Position numbers and translations under genes: made by a program. Shown here piece by piece: positions 1-6,932 of a stretch of DNA of 24,715 nucleotides. Position 1 is the stretch's first letter. Each line of letters starts with the position of its first letter. The DNA is from a virus (Duplodnaviria; Heunggongvirae; Uroviricota; Caudoviricetes): the IMG/VR virus record IMGVR_UViG_3300017788_000010. One strand, given 5' to 3'. The notes below the pieces were generated by a model, which was given only the letters and a program-made list of their open reading frames with translations, was not told where the DNA came from and made no database searches.

Positions 1-675
1 GAATACAGTAGTTAAGTTAGGCGCGTCTCCAAAAAAGACAAGCTGCTTAGTGGTCGATGTTATTGTGGATACGCTAACCGTGGTTGAACTATCGATAACA
101 ATATCCACTGATGATAAGAAAGAGAGTTTAGCGGAGCCCAGCTCTAGTATATGAAACTCTACGCCAGAAGACGCTCCTAGCGGCCCGAAGTTCTGTACAA
201 CCCCACCCGCCTTATACGTACCGCTATACGCCACCTTATCGTAGTTAACTAAAAGGACATCTGACCCAGGCTTTACGGGAACATGTCCATTAAAATCAGA
301 AAACAAAAAGGGATGCGTTACAGGCACAGCATTAGGAGCGCCGTCTACCGTACTTTCAGGCAATAGGCGAACATACGCGCGGTTCTCATCCACGATGAAC
401 ATTTCAACGCGATTAGCTGTTCTTCTAGACGGAAACGTGAACAGGGCTGGATGATCAACGAACTGGTTGAGTCCCACAGGGATGCCATCCGGAAAATACG
501 CAGCGTCGGCTACTGCAGCAGACACCGCATACGCGGGAATGGGCGCTTCTGAAGAGGGCTGTTTTACCTTAACATGACGAAGGTAGCTACCGAACCAGTG
601 CCCTAGGCCTGCGCTTAGATTACCGTTACGTAGAAGCGATAACGTGTGTGGTTTACTTATGAACTCTTTTTTCAT
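1..675 (-). CDS. Putative virion structural protein, N-terminal 225 aa (runs off the window start)
   Basis: Translated by hand: ATG at 675 overlaps the TGA of the upstream gene (ATGA) and the frame stays open to position 1 (MKKEFISKPHTLSLLRNGNLSAGLGHWFG...). Not in the supplied ORF track. Structural role inferred from context. Confidence 0.7.
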   Translation of the reverse strand, partial: MKKEFISKPHTLSLLRNGNLSAGLGHWFGSYLRHVKVKQPSSEAPIPAYAVSAAVADAAYFPDGIPVGLNQFVDHPALFTFPSRRTANRVEMFIVDENRAYVRLLPESTVDGAPNAVPVTHPFLFSDFNGHVPVKPGSDVLLVNYDKVAYSGTYKAGGVVQNFGPLGASSGVEFHILELGSAKLSFLSSVDIVIDSSTTVSVSTITSTTKQLVFFGDAPNLTTVF

Positions 676-1694
676 AACCGCTTACATAACAAGAAGTTAA
701 CAGAGACAGGCACTGCTTTGGCTTTCTTTATTTCGTGCTCGTGCGAAGCCTGCCCGTCTCGATCAGGCACGTCCACCCTACCAGAGGAACCAGTTGTTGA
801 AAACAATGAGTTTCTCTCTACGTATATCTTACTATCGAACCCGTCGAACAGTACTATGCCAGGATCCTCTTGCTGAAATAAGGATACGCTGGTGTGTAAT
901 ACATCACCTGCTGGGCCGTCTACGGCAGCAGGGAAATTACCGTGCTTCAACTTAATAGTAGGCTCATCAGAGACCCACGCCGCTGGCGGGTTACCTTCCT
1001 CTAACAAAGCGAAGCCGTCAGGGCAGGCTTTGCCTAGAGAAAGAACAATAGCTCCTTTAGGAAGAGACCTGGCTAGAACATCGCCTGTATATACAGCTTG
1101 ATCATAAGCACCAACAACCAAACCGCATTTTGTAAAGGACACCCGAGCATGTGTCTGCAGCTGATCTCTTATTATAGAAAACCCTACTCTATAAATGCGG
1201 CTTGTTACCGTGAACCGGAAGACAACGGTCGCCCATTCTGTGCCTGATACACGAACAACAGAGGGTCCTTCAAACTCGGCGGTTACAGGAACAGTAGTTC
1301 CAGAAGAAACGCCCGGTCCCTCTATTACTGGTGTTATGATTGCATCACCGAACGACGAGCGAACTTGCATAAATAAGGTATACGAGCCTTGCGGAAGTAC
1401 TTTTGCTTCTTCTACCGCATACCCCGCGGCTATGGACGATCGTATACCAGCGGGAGCGGGAGCAGGAAAATCAAACACACCCTGCTTGTTTTTACCAAAC
1501 TCCTGAGTGAACTTAAAAGGAGTGTCCGAGATCAGCTCTGTCGTTAAAAAACCAGCTACTCCATCACTAGGTGTGATAGAGTATCTGTTTTGGTTGGGGT
1601 AGAAAGTCCAAAAGGGTGTGCCGTCACCTAGTTCAAACGCCCCATTGTTCATCAAGTTTAGTAACTGATGAGTGGTGACAAATGTCTTAATCAC
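672..1694 (-). CDS. Putative tail fibre / tail-collar-like virion protein (340 aa)
   Basis: Long ORF. N-terminal NLMNNGAF..W jelly-roll-like motif. The C-terminus (LPKGAIVLSLGKACPDGF ... HEHEI ... VPVSVNFLLCKRL) resembles the collar/tip pattern of phage tail fibres. Confidence 0.55.
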   Translation of the reverse strand: MIKTFVTTHQLLNLMNNGAFELGDGTPFWTFYPNQNRYSITPSDGVAGFLTTELISDTPFKFTQEFGKNKQGVFDFPAPAPAGIRSSIAAGYAVEEAKVLPQGSYTLFMQVRSSFGDAIITPVIEGPGVSSGTTVPVTAEFEGPSVVRVSGTEWATVVFRFTVTSRIYRVGFSIIRDQLQTHARVSFTKCGLVVGAYDQAVYTGDVLARSLPKGAIVLSLGKACPDGFALLEEGNPPAAWVSDEPTIKLKHGNFPAAVDGPAGDVLHTSVSLFQQEDPGIVLFDGFDSKIYVERNSLFSTTGSSGRVDVPDRDGQASHEHEIKKAKAVPVSVNFLLCKRL

Positions 1695-2013
1695 GTTTCT
1701 TCGATTTTTTTATTCTAGGACGCGCTTCTCTAAACTGTATAGGCTTGTGCGTAGGCCTGCGCCAATGATTCTTTATATAAGACTCTTTTAAACGGGGGTT
1801 ACTTTGTATCTTCTCAGCCAGTCTCCCGAACGAGGCGCTCTTATTTAGCGGTCGCATGGAGACATACGACGTGTTCAGTCCTTGCCGCCTTGGTAATGGC
1901 TGAGGCTTGTGAAGAGACGCTTTGTGCCACAGCCCTTTAAAACGAGTTAGGCTGGCGGCTTTCTCTAGTCCAGAGATAATTGCTTTAGCGACGGCGGCGT
2001 TCATCGTCATCAC
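1687..2013 (-). CDS. Small basic hypothetical protein (LEKAA/LNKSA motif)
   Basis: ORF overlapping both neighbours in a co-directional run, K/R-rich. Start codon uncertain (2013, 2010 or 2004). Confidence 0.6.
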   Translation of the reverse strand: MMTMNAAVAKAIISGLEKAASLTRFKGLWHKASLHKPQPLPRRQGLNTSYVSMRPLNKSASFGRLAEKIQSNPRLKESYIKNHWRRPTHKPIQFREARPRIKKSKKRD

Positions 2014-2359
2014 GTCTTAATAGGCGGTGGCCTGCATACAAAGCACCGGCGGTGGCCGCATAAGGCAGCGCTTTTCTAGCTCTAGCGCCCCACTTAGCCG
2101 TACCGTGCCACTGCTTAGTTCTGTCCAAGGCTCCAGGCGCTATACCCCTCATCCCATCTATAAGCTGGCGTTTTGTGGATATTGCCGCTTTAAAAGGATT
2201 CAGACTTTTGTCCGCGGCGTTGATTGATAGGCGTTTACCTACATGATCAACCACCGCAGGTCTTTTGAACCCCTCAACAAAGGACTTAAAGCCCCCAGGC
2301 CCTGCACTACCGGCCGTTTTCTCTAGCTCACCAAAAAATCCCTTATCAAAACCCTTCAT
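1985..2359 (-). CDS. Small basic protein with N-terminal GFFGELEKTA motif; putative internal virion protein
   Basis: ORF in an overlapping gene run; motif shared with neighbours; C-terminal AATAGALYAG hydrophobic segment. Confidence 0.7.
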   Translation of the reverse strand: MKGFDKGFFGELEKTAGSAGPGGFKSFVEGFKRPAVVDHVGKRLSINAADKSLNPFKAAISTKRQLIDGMRGIAPGALDRTKQWHGTAKWGARARKALPYAATAGALYAGHRLLRRDDDERRRR

Positions 2360-2652
2360 TTTGCTCTCCTAGCTAGTAGTTTACGTTTGATTGATGAGTA
2401 TGCGGCAGTGGTGCCGGCTCCTGTAGCGGCTCCTGCACCTAAAGCGAGCATCAAATTAATCTTTCCAGTAGACATTTTTGGCTTCTTTTCATTAGAATTG
2501 ACCAGTTTTTCTACTGTTTTGGTTAATTTATTGTATGTTTTGGCCCCGCCGTAGGCAACAGAGCCACCAATGAGCGCCCCTAGTAGCGCGTCGTTCTTAA
2601 CGGAAGCGGTTTTTTCAAGAAGTTTTAGTCTTACCCAGTCTTTTACGTTCAC
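2356..2652 (-). CDS. Small protein with LLEKTA motif and two Gly/Ala-rich hydrophobic helices
   Basis: 4-nt overlap with the downstream gene; segments ALLGALIGGSVAYGG and ALGAGAATGAG. Confidence 0.7.
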   Translation of the reverse strand: MNVKDWVRLKLLEKTASVKNDALLGALIGGSVAYGGAKTYNKLTKTVEKLVNSNEKKPKMSTGKINLMLALGAGAATGAGTTAAYSSIKRKLLARRAK

Positions 2653-3583
2653 GGTAGCGCTCCTTTAGGACGTCAACTAGTTTTTTGATTCCGTATCCTG
2701 CGCCCACAAGAACACCAGCCTCTAATAGGAACCTGACAGGATTATCTACAGCTGCTGCGCCTATTCCGCTAATCGCTTTGATAGGGCGTTTCATCTTATT
2801 ACGCTCGCCCGCTGCTGCTACTGCCATGCTTTTTAATATAGCGGAGCGGCTTATAAGCGGGTGATTTTTCTGTATTAAGAGGTTAGCTAAGGCCTCTCTC
2901 TTGTTTATAAGGCTCGATGGCGCCTTAAGCATCTGTCTATTGTAGAAAATAACCGGACCATCAAGCGTCTGACCCACTAAACCAGGGGTACGCAGGCCCT
3001 TTTCTCTCCTCATATGAGCCAGATTTTTTGCAAAGAAGAGATCAGCCTGTTCCGGTGTGTCTCCTTGTAGCTTTGCCAAGCGCCGGAACATCAATTTTTG
3101 CTTCTGAATCGCTGGAGAATTGTCAGAAAGTAGCGCTTTTCCCAGAACATCTGACTCAACAACCTGCATACCAGACCGTAATTTACTAATTCTGTCCGCA
3201 GAGATGCCAAAAGCGACCTTTTTTAGTGGCTCCATGCTCAAAATAGCCCTAGTTTGTGTAATAAGAGGCATAGTAAAGACAGTTTGTGGCTTCTCCAGCA
3301 CCAAATCTCGTAGTGTACCGTCTTTCTCGGACACTTCTTTGGTCTTCCACTGCTCTCCGTACTTATTTTTGAGGTAGTTCTCAATAAGACGCAGGCTACG
3401 AAACCCGTTGTACAACATTCCCGCTACCGCAGCGGTCCCAGCCACTCTTTTAATCGTTTCACCCCGCGTAGCTGACGCCGGAATCAGCTTTTTGAGGCCA
3501 AATAGAGATCCGTACAGCCCTGCTTGTAGCAATTGGGCGTTTAAAGCCTTCTTTTTGCTCTGTGCGAGATCTGAGTCGCTCAT
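2615..3583 (-). CDS. Basic hypothetical protein (322 aa) with internal LKKVA motif; putative virion protein
   Basis: Long ORF overlapping both neighbours; Gly-rich hydrophobic segments near both ends. Confidence 0.75.
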   Translation of the reverse strand: MSDSDLAQSKKKALNAQLLQAGLYGSLFGLKKLIPASATRGETIKRVAGTAAVAGMLYNGFRSLRLIENYLKNKYGEQWKTKEVSEKDGTLRDLVLEKPQTVFTMPLITQTRAILSMEPLKKVAFGISADRISKLRSGMQVVESDVLGKALLSDNSPAIQKQKLMFRRLAKLQGDTPEQADLFFAKNLAHMRREKGLRTPGLVGQTLDGPVIFYNRQMLKAPSSLINKREALANLLIQKNHPLISRSAILKSMAVAAAGERNKMKRPIKAISGIGAAAVDNPVRFLLEAGVLVGAGYGIKKLVDVLKERYRERKRLGKTKTS

Positions 3584-3789
3584 TGTATGTTATAATTGAA
3601 CGATCCTGGCTTATTTTTGGGCGGCTTTGACAGCTTATTGGCTATGGAAGAGACTGCGTTGCCTCCCAATGTCATCGCAGCGCCAGAAACGAGGCCGCCT
3701 ATTACCGGCTTAGCTAGAGCACCAACTAAGGGAGCAACTGCTGTTTTTTTCAGCTCTTCTTTAAAGCCTTTGTAAAAATATGATTGCAT
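3580..3789 (-). CDS. Small protein with N-terminal GFKEELKKTA motif
   Basis: ATG preceded by a GGAGA Shine-Dalgarno-like sequence; 4-nt overlap with the next gene. Confidence 0.7.
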   Translation of the reverse strand: MQSYFYKGFKEELKKTAVAPLVGALAKPVIGGLVSGAAMTLGGNAVSSIANKLSKPPKNKPGSFNYNIQ

Positions 3790-3836
3790 CTCTTATCTCC
3801 TATGTCTAATTATACATTTTCCCCACACTCACTCCA

Positions 3837-4241
3837 ATGGACATCCGTAGAATTAGCTACCTAGATAGAAAAAAAGACGCCCACAGGCGGGACTTTACAG
3901 CAAAACTGTACGCATACATAGACCGCTGGCTTGATGCCAGTGCAGAAGTGCTCAAGCTGTGGCACTTAGCTGGCATATTTGACAAGGAGGGCAATCCTGT
4001 AGGCTCGGACAATCCCAACGCCTATTATTTTGGCGTATCAGCGGCAGCGCATCATATAGGAAAGACGTACCCACACCTTAGGAAAGAAAGTGATATACAG
4101 CCGTTATTTAGTTTAAGAGCACACGCCTATCCACACCCCTATGATGTGGATGCAACATTACGTGAGATAGCGTTGCGCGGGAAGCTAAATAAAAAAGACA
4201 TGGCTAATCGAGGCCTGATCCCTAAAAGACCGAATAAATGA
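3837..4241 (+). CDS. Hypothetical protein (134 aa)
   Basis: ORF only; no recognised domain. Confidence 0.55.
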   Translation: MDIRRISYLDRKKDAHRRDFTAKLYAYIDRWLDASAEVLKLWHLAGIFDKEGNPVGSDNPNAYYFGVSAAAHHIGKTYPHLRKESDIQPLFSLRAHAYPHPYDVDATLREIALRGKLNKKDMANRGLIPKRPNK

Positions 4242-4318
4242 CGCCTGCTGCAGCTGTAAGATCAGCCAAGGGGGCATTGTATGAATAGCTCCTATAATGA
4301 ATCACAAAAATGCTCATA

Positions 4319-4348
4319 CAAAAAAATCAAAAAACATGTTATAAGACT
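4319..4348 (+). promoter_or_regulatory. Variant copy of the recurrent promoter-like motif (CAAAA...TGTTATAAGACT)
   Basis: Degenerate match to the TGKCATAAGATA motif seen elsewhere in the window. Confidence 0.4.
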
Positions 4349-4351
4349 ATT

Positions 4352-4380
4352 GAAGGGACCTTTTTAGGTCCTTTCCTTTT
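4352..4380 (+). terminator. Intrinsic terminator-like hairpin
   Basis: GAAGGGACCT / AGGTCCTTTC stem followed by CTTTT. Confidence 0.55.
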
Positions 4381-4382
4381 TA

Positions 4383-4413
4383 CAAAAAATCCTAACAAAC
4401 GTGGCATAAGATA
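4383..4413 (+). promoter_or_regulatory. Recurrent promoter-like motif CAAAA-N14-TGGCATAAGATA upstream of the RNA array
   Basis: Near-identical 12-mers at 4402, 8357, 12315, 13461, 14062 and 16904, all on + and at the start of gene or RNA blocks. Confidence 0.6.
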
Positions 4414-4414
4414 A

Positions 4415-4715
4415 TTGATGCCGATCATGTCTGGTAATGTCATACGTTCCCAGGCACGAAAGGCGTTTGCTGGAAGCCCGTACCGAGGAGCACGCCGCTC
4501 ATCAACCTGAGTTCGTAGGCAGGAAGATTAGAAGCGAATGCTTCTTGGTACGGGTCTTCGCCTTTAAGAAATGAGCCCCCTGTGAGGGGTTCAGGCCGCG
4601 CCTAGCTATTAGGTGGCGGGCCGGACTGCAGCACCATGCAAAGAGACAACACCGTTGCCAGTGGCGTGTGTTGGACGGTGTCAGTCGCAGGTCAACACTG
4701 GCACTTATTTTCTAA
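4415..4715 (+). ncRNA. Unassigned ~300-nt structured RNA with a pseudoknot
   Basis: No ORF in the track. Helices 4476-4487/4544-4555 (12 bp), 4572-4579/4586-4593, 4624-4628/4682-4686 and 4649-4655/4675-4681; loop 4656-4663 pairs with 4696-4703. Boundaries approximate. Confidence 0.5.
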
Positions 4716-4758
4716 AAACACCTTGGTTCTGAGACACTCGGAACTATACTACATAAAG

Positions 4759-4835
4759 CGCGCTGTAGAGCAGTCCGGCAGCTCGTCAGGCTCATAACCT
4801 GAAGGCCGCGGGTTCGAATCCCGCCAGCGCAACCA
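4759..4835 (+). tRNA. tRNA-fMet (CAU), initiator
   Basis: Full cloverleaf, C1:A72 mismatch, anticodon arm TCAGG-CTCATAA-CCTGA, encoded CCA. Confidence 0.92.
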
Positions 4836-4840
4836 AAAAC

Positions 4841-4906
4841 AGCCGGCCGTACGACAGCGGGTTAACATTTTCAGGTTTATCCCCGTTGTCACCCTTTTTG
4901 TCGGCA
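4841..4906 (+). ncRNA. Y-RNA-like element Y1 (short form)
   Basis: GCCGGC(4842-4847)CGT pairs with TTT-GTCGGC(4900-4905); inner helix GACAGCGGG/CCCGTTGTC; GTTAAC at +19. Confidence 0.6.
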
Positions 4907-4913
4907 GCAAATG

Positions 4914-4965
4914 TGCGGCCGCCTGAGCATCGCTCTGGCCGCAAAGGTGAGCCCTAACCAGGCAC
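4914..4965 (+). other. Compact pseudoknotted element with HDV-ribozyme-like topology (unassigned)
   Basis: TGCGGCC/GGCCGCA stem; GCCTG in its loop pairs with downstream CAGGC; inner GAGC/GCTC; CTAA precedes the CAGGC strand. Catalytic-core consensus is only partly met. Confidence 0.3.
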
Positions 4966-4980
4966 GCCTTTTTTAGAAAC

Positions 4981-5109
4981 AGCTAGCCGTAAGCTACTCG
5001 TTACCACTCAAAGGTAGTAGTCTGGGTTCGATTCCCGGTGGCCCGACCAACACAGGGCCATAGTGTAATGGATAGCACACTAAAACCGAATAGCTAAATT
5101 TTGCTAGCA
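4981..5109 (+). ncRNA. Y-RNA-like element Y2 with circularly permuted tRNA domain (YrlA-like)
   Basis: Closing helix GCTAGC 4982-4987/5103-5108. T-arm CTGGG-TTCGATT-CCCGG (5022-5038), acceptor stem TGGCCCG/AGGGCCA closed by the loop ACCAACAC, then D-arm GTGT-AATGGATA-GCAC. Order is T, acceptor, D; no anticodon loop. Confidence 0.75.
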
Positions 5110-5112
5110 TCT

Positions 5113-5187
5113 GCGGGTATAACTCAATGGTAGAGTGTCAGCCTTCCAAGCTGAATGTTGAGGGTTCAAGTCCCTCTGTCCGCTCCA
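5113..5187 (+). tRNA. tRNA-Gly (UCC)
   Basis: Full cloverleaf, TCAGC-CTTCCAA-GCTGA, U73, encoded CCA. Confidence 0.93.
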
Positions 5188-5192
5188 TAAAC

Positions 5193-5252
5193 AGCCAGCC
5201 GCCGCTTTTGGGTTACCTTTGTAAAATCACCCATTAGCAACTTTTGCTGGCA
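5193..5252 (+). ncRNA. Y-RNA-like element Y3 (short form)
   Basis: GCCAGC(5194-5199)CG pairs with TTT-GCTGGC(5246-5251); inner GCT/AGC and TGGGT/ACCCA helices; GTTACC at +18. Confidence 0.6.
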
Positions 5253-5254
5253 AT

Positions 5255-5892
5255 TCATCCCGTAGGGAGCAGCGGGCTCCCTAGACCCTACTGTTACGTT
5301 AAGAGAAAACACCTTGCCAGCGTGCGGGTACATAGGGCGCGACTCCCTATACAGTAAGGTCGTTTCACAGAGGTAGCTCAAACAGTAGAGCGACTTCCAT
5401 ATATAGGTTCGCCTGGTTTCAATAGCTGGGCCTATTATAAGGGGAGCTTTGTCGACAAAGTCCCCCCTTATCCGAGGCACGCGTTAAACGCGCTGCTCTA
5501 TCACAGGTCTCCCGGCCTGTCGGTTAGCTGATGTACCATTCGCCCTAAGTAAGCTGTAAAACCCATTGGGCTATGTTGGGGGATTTGCTGGTTTATCCAT
5601 TATTGCTTCCTGAGAGGATAGCATAAAACCAGCTTTACCACAGACGCATCCAGAAAAAGATAAGTAACTAAGCGATACAGCTACTTAATTCGGAGCCTGT
5701 GGGAAGTTATCGCCGGGCCTGGAATAGTTTGGGGGTTTGGACACCCAGAAGCCTGATAAGACCCCTGTGGTTGGCGGATCCGCACAAAACCGCCATTAAA
5801 GAGCATGACAAAAAAGCATTCTTGCACACAAATCATGCGCCGTAAAGTTGCTACGGAAAGCGTCAGAGACGCGGGGCACAGCCCCCTTTTTT
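5255..5892 (+). ncRNA. Unassigned hairpin-dense ~640-nt non-coding region (one large or several small RNAs)
   Basis: No credible ORF. Many helices (5263-5270/5276-5283; 5437-5444/5463-5470; 5587-5594/5626-5633); ends in a GGGGC-ACA-GCCCC hairpin plus a T-run. Confidence 0.4.
5367..5437 (+). pseudogene. Degenerate tRNA-like sequence
   Basis: TA-GCTC-AAACAGTA-GAGC D-arm and a TTCAATA T-loop with a wobble-rich stem, but poor acceptor and anticodon stems and no CCA. Confidence 0.35.
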
Positions 5893-5905
5893 GTAAATGC
5901 CGTCA

Positions 5906-6019
5906 TGGCCGGACACGGTTGATTTTCAAGAACAGCTCAAGTAACTAGCCACACCCTCGCGTTACTTCGCGTATACGAGGCAGAAGCAGTCAGTAGCTGT
6001 TATTGATCGTGTCCGGCCA
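5906..6019 (+). ncRNA. Unassigned 114-nt rod-like RNA immediately upstream of tRNA-Thr
   Basis: Perfect 12-bp terminal helix TGGCCGGACACG/CGTGTCCGGCCA, extended by GTTGAT/ATTGAT; inner AACAGCT/AGCTGTT. Confidence 0.45.
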
Positions 6020-6057
6020 GCTTGCTGGAGTAGCTCAGTTGGTAGAGCTTTTGATTT

Positions 6058-6803
6058 GTTAGAATGATTTATTGTCTGCGTATCGTTGTCTTCGGACGTG
6101 TCGCCCAAAACCGCGATTTCTGCCCTTGTATGTAGATAGCTGTGAGTCACAGTTGTGGCATATGAGGCGTAAATTGGTTCTGTTGTTGTCGGTGTAGTCT
6201 CCATTGATATGGTCCAAAACAAAAAACAGTGGCTTGCCGTTCCAATTTCCTGGTTGGGCGCACAAGGCACATTTCTCTAGCTGGTCTTTCAATAACCAGG
6301 AACGGATAACGTCTCTTTGATAAGAAGAGATGCGCGTCTCCTGTCCTAATAACCAGCTGGCGATCTTTGTATCGGCCCTAAGTCTATGGAAGCATTCCAA
6401 ATTACAGAACCTCCGGTTAAGGGTACCTTTTCCGCAACTAAAACAACAAGAATCCTGGCGGAGTCTCGCTCTCTTAGGTTTCTTCCTGTTGTTGTAGCTA
6501 GCGGAGCAAGATCGAGAACAGAACGCGTTCACAGAACGTGCTTTGTCTTTTCGAGAAAACGTTATTTGACACTCAGCGCAGCAATAGGTCATAATACGGA
6601 CCTTTCTAGGGAAACCTATAAAGTGGACGCCGCTAAGTCGGGGAAACCTGTAAAATGGCAATCCCGAGCTAGCAGGTTCCTAAAAGAACCGGGCAAGTGT
6701 AGAGACTTTACACGGCGCACCCTAACGTAAAGCCGAGGGTGAAGAGAAAGTCCATCCCACTAGACTAGTGTAATGTAGTCGAACGAAAGTTCAAAGTGGG
6801 CAG
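6058..6803 (+). mobile_element. Group I self-splicing intron between tRNA positions 34 and 35
   Basis: P (AAGTCGGGGAAA 6635-6646), Q (AATCCCGAGC 6660-6669), R (GTAGAGACTT 6699-6708) and S (GAAGAGAAAGTCC 6741-6753) motifs; P7 GACTT/AAGTC; P3 CGCCG/CGGCG; GAAA-capped P9; terminal G; short P1 with a U34.G wobble. Confidence 0.88.
6059..6592 (-). CDS. HNH homing endonuclease with Cys-rich zinc-binding motifs, antisense within the intron
   Basis: CALC...LDHINGDYTDNNRTNLRLICHNC HNH signature. ATG at 6592 has an AGAAAGG SD and is preferred over the track start at 6661, which lies inside the ribozyme core. Confidence 0.85.
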   Translation of the reverse strand: MTYCCAECQITFSRKDKARSVNAFCSRSCSASYNNRKKPKRARLRQDSCCFSCGKGTLNRRFCNLECFHRLRADTKIASWLLGQETRISSYQRDVIRSWLLKDQLEKCALCAQPGNWNGKPLFFVLDHINGDYTDNNRTNLRLICHNCDSQLSTYKGRNRGFGRHVRRQRYADNKSF

Positions 6804-6849
6804 GTAATCAAAGGGTCATGGGTTCGAGTCCCATCTCCAGCTCCACACG

Positions 6850-6923
6850 GGGATCATAGTTCAATGGTAGAACAACGGACTTTTAATCCGTCTACCGGAG
6901 TTCGATTCTCCGTGATCCCACCA
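6850..6923 (+). tRNA. tRNA-Lys (UUU)
   Basis: Full cloverleaf, ACGGA-CTTTTAA-TCCGT, encoded CCA. Confidence 0.92.
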
Positions 6924-6932
6924 CCCAACAAT

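Larger units (their letters stand above)
6024..6845 (+). tRNA. tRNA-Thr (UGU), split by a group I intron (exons 6024-6057 and 6804-6845)
   Basis: Acceptor GCTGGAG/CTCCAGC; joining the exons gives anticodon arm TTTGA-TTTGTAA-TCAAA; canonical D and T arms; encoded CCA. Confidence 0.88.

Noticed and set aside
4402-4420. TGGCA-containing motif as a sigma-54 promoter
   Set aside because: The TTGC -12 element is absent at the required spacing, and TGGC varies to TGTC, CGGC and TGGT while ATAAGATA is the conserved part.
4981-5109. Y2 and Y5 as functional circularly permuted or trans-spliced tRNA genes
   Set aside because: No anticodon loop can be assembled from the flanks and no bulge-helix-bulge site is present; the ends instead form the Ro-type helix shared with the three non-tRNA elements.
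5575-5892. tmRNA
   Set aside because: GACGCGGGG near 5868 is reminiscent, but there is no TTCRA T-loop, no CCA end, no matching GGGG acceptor strand and no tag reading frame.
5906-6019. SRP (4.5S) RNA
   Set aside because: The rod shape and a GAAGCAG fit loosely, but the CAGG...GNRA helix-8 motif is missing.
6059-6661. 200-aa version of the intron HNH starting at 6661
   Set aside because: The extra 23 codons lie over the intron P3/P4 region; the ATG at 6592 has a clear SD.
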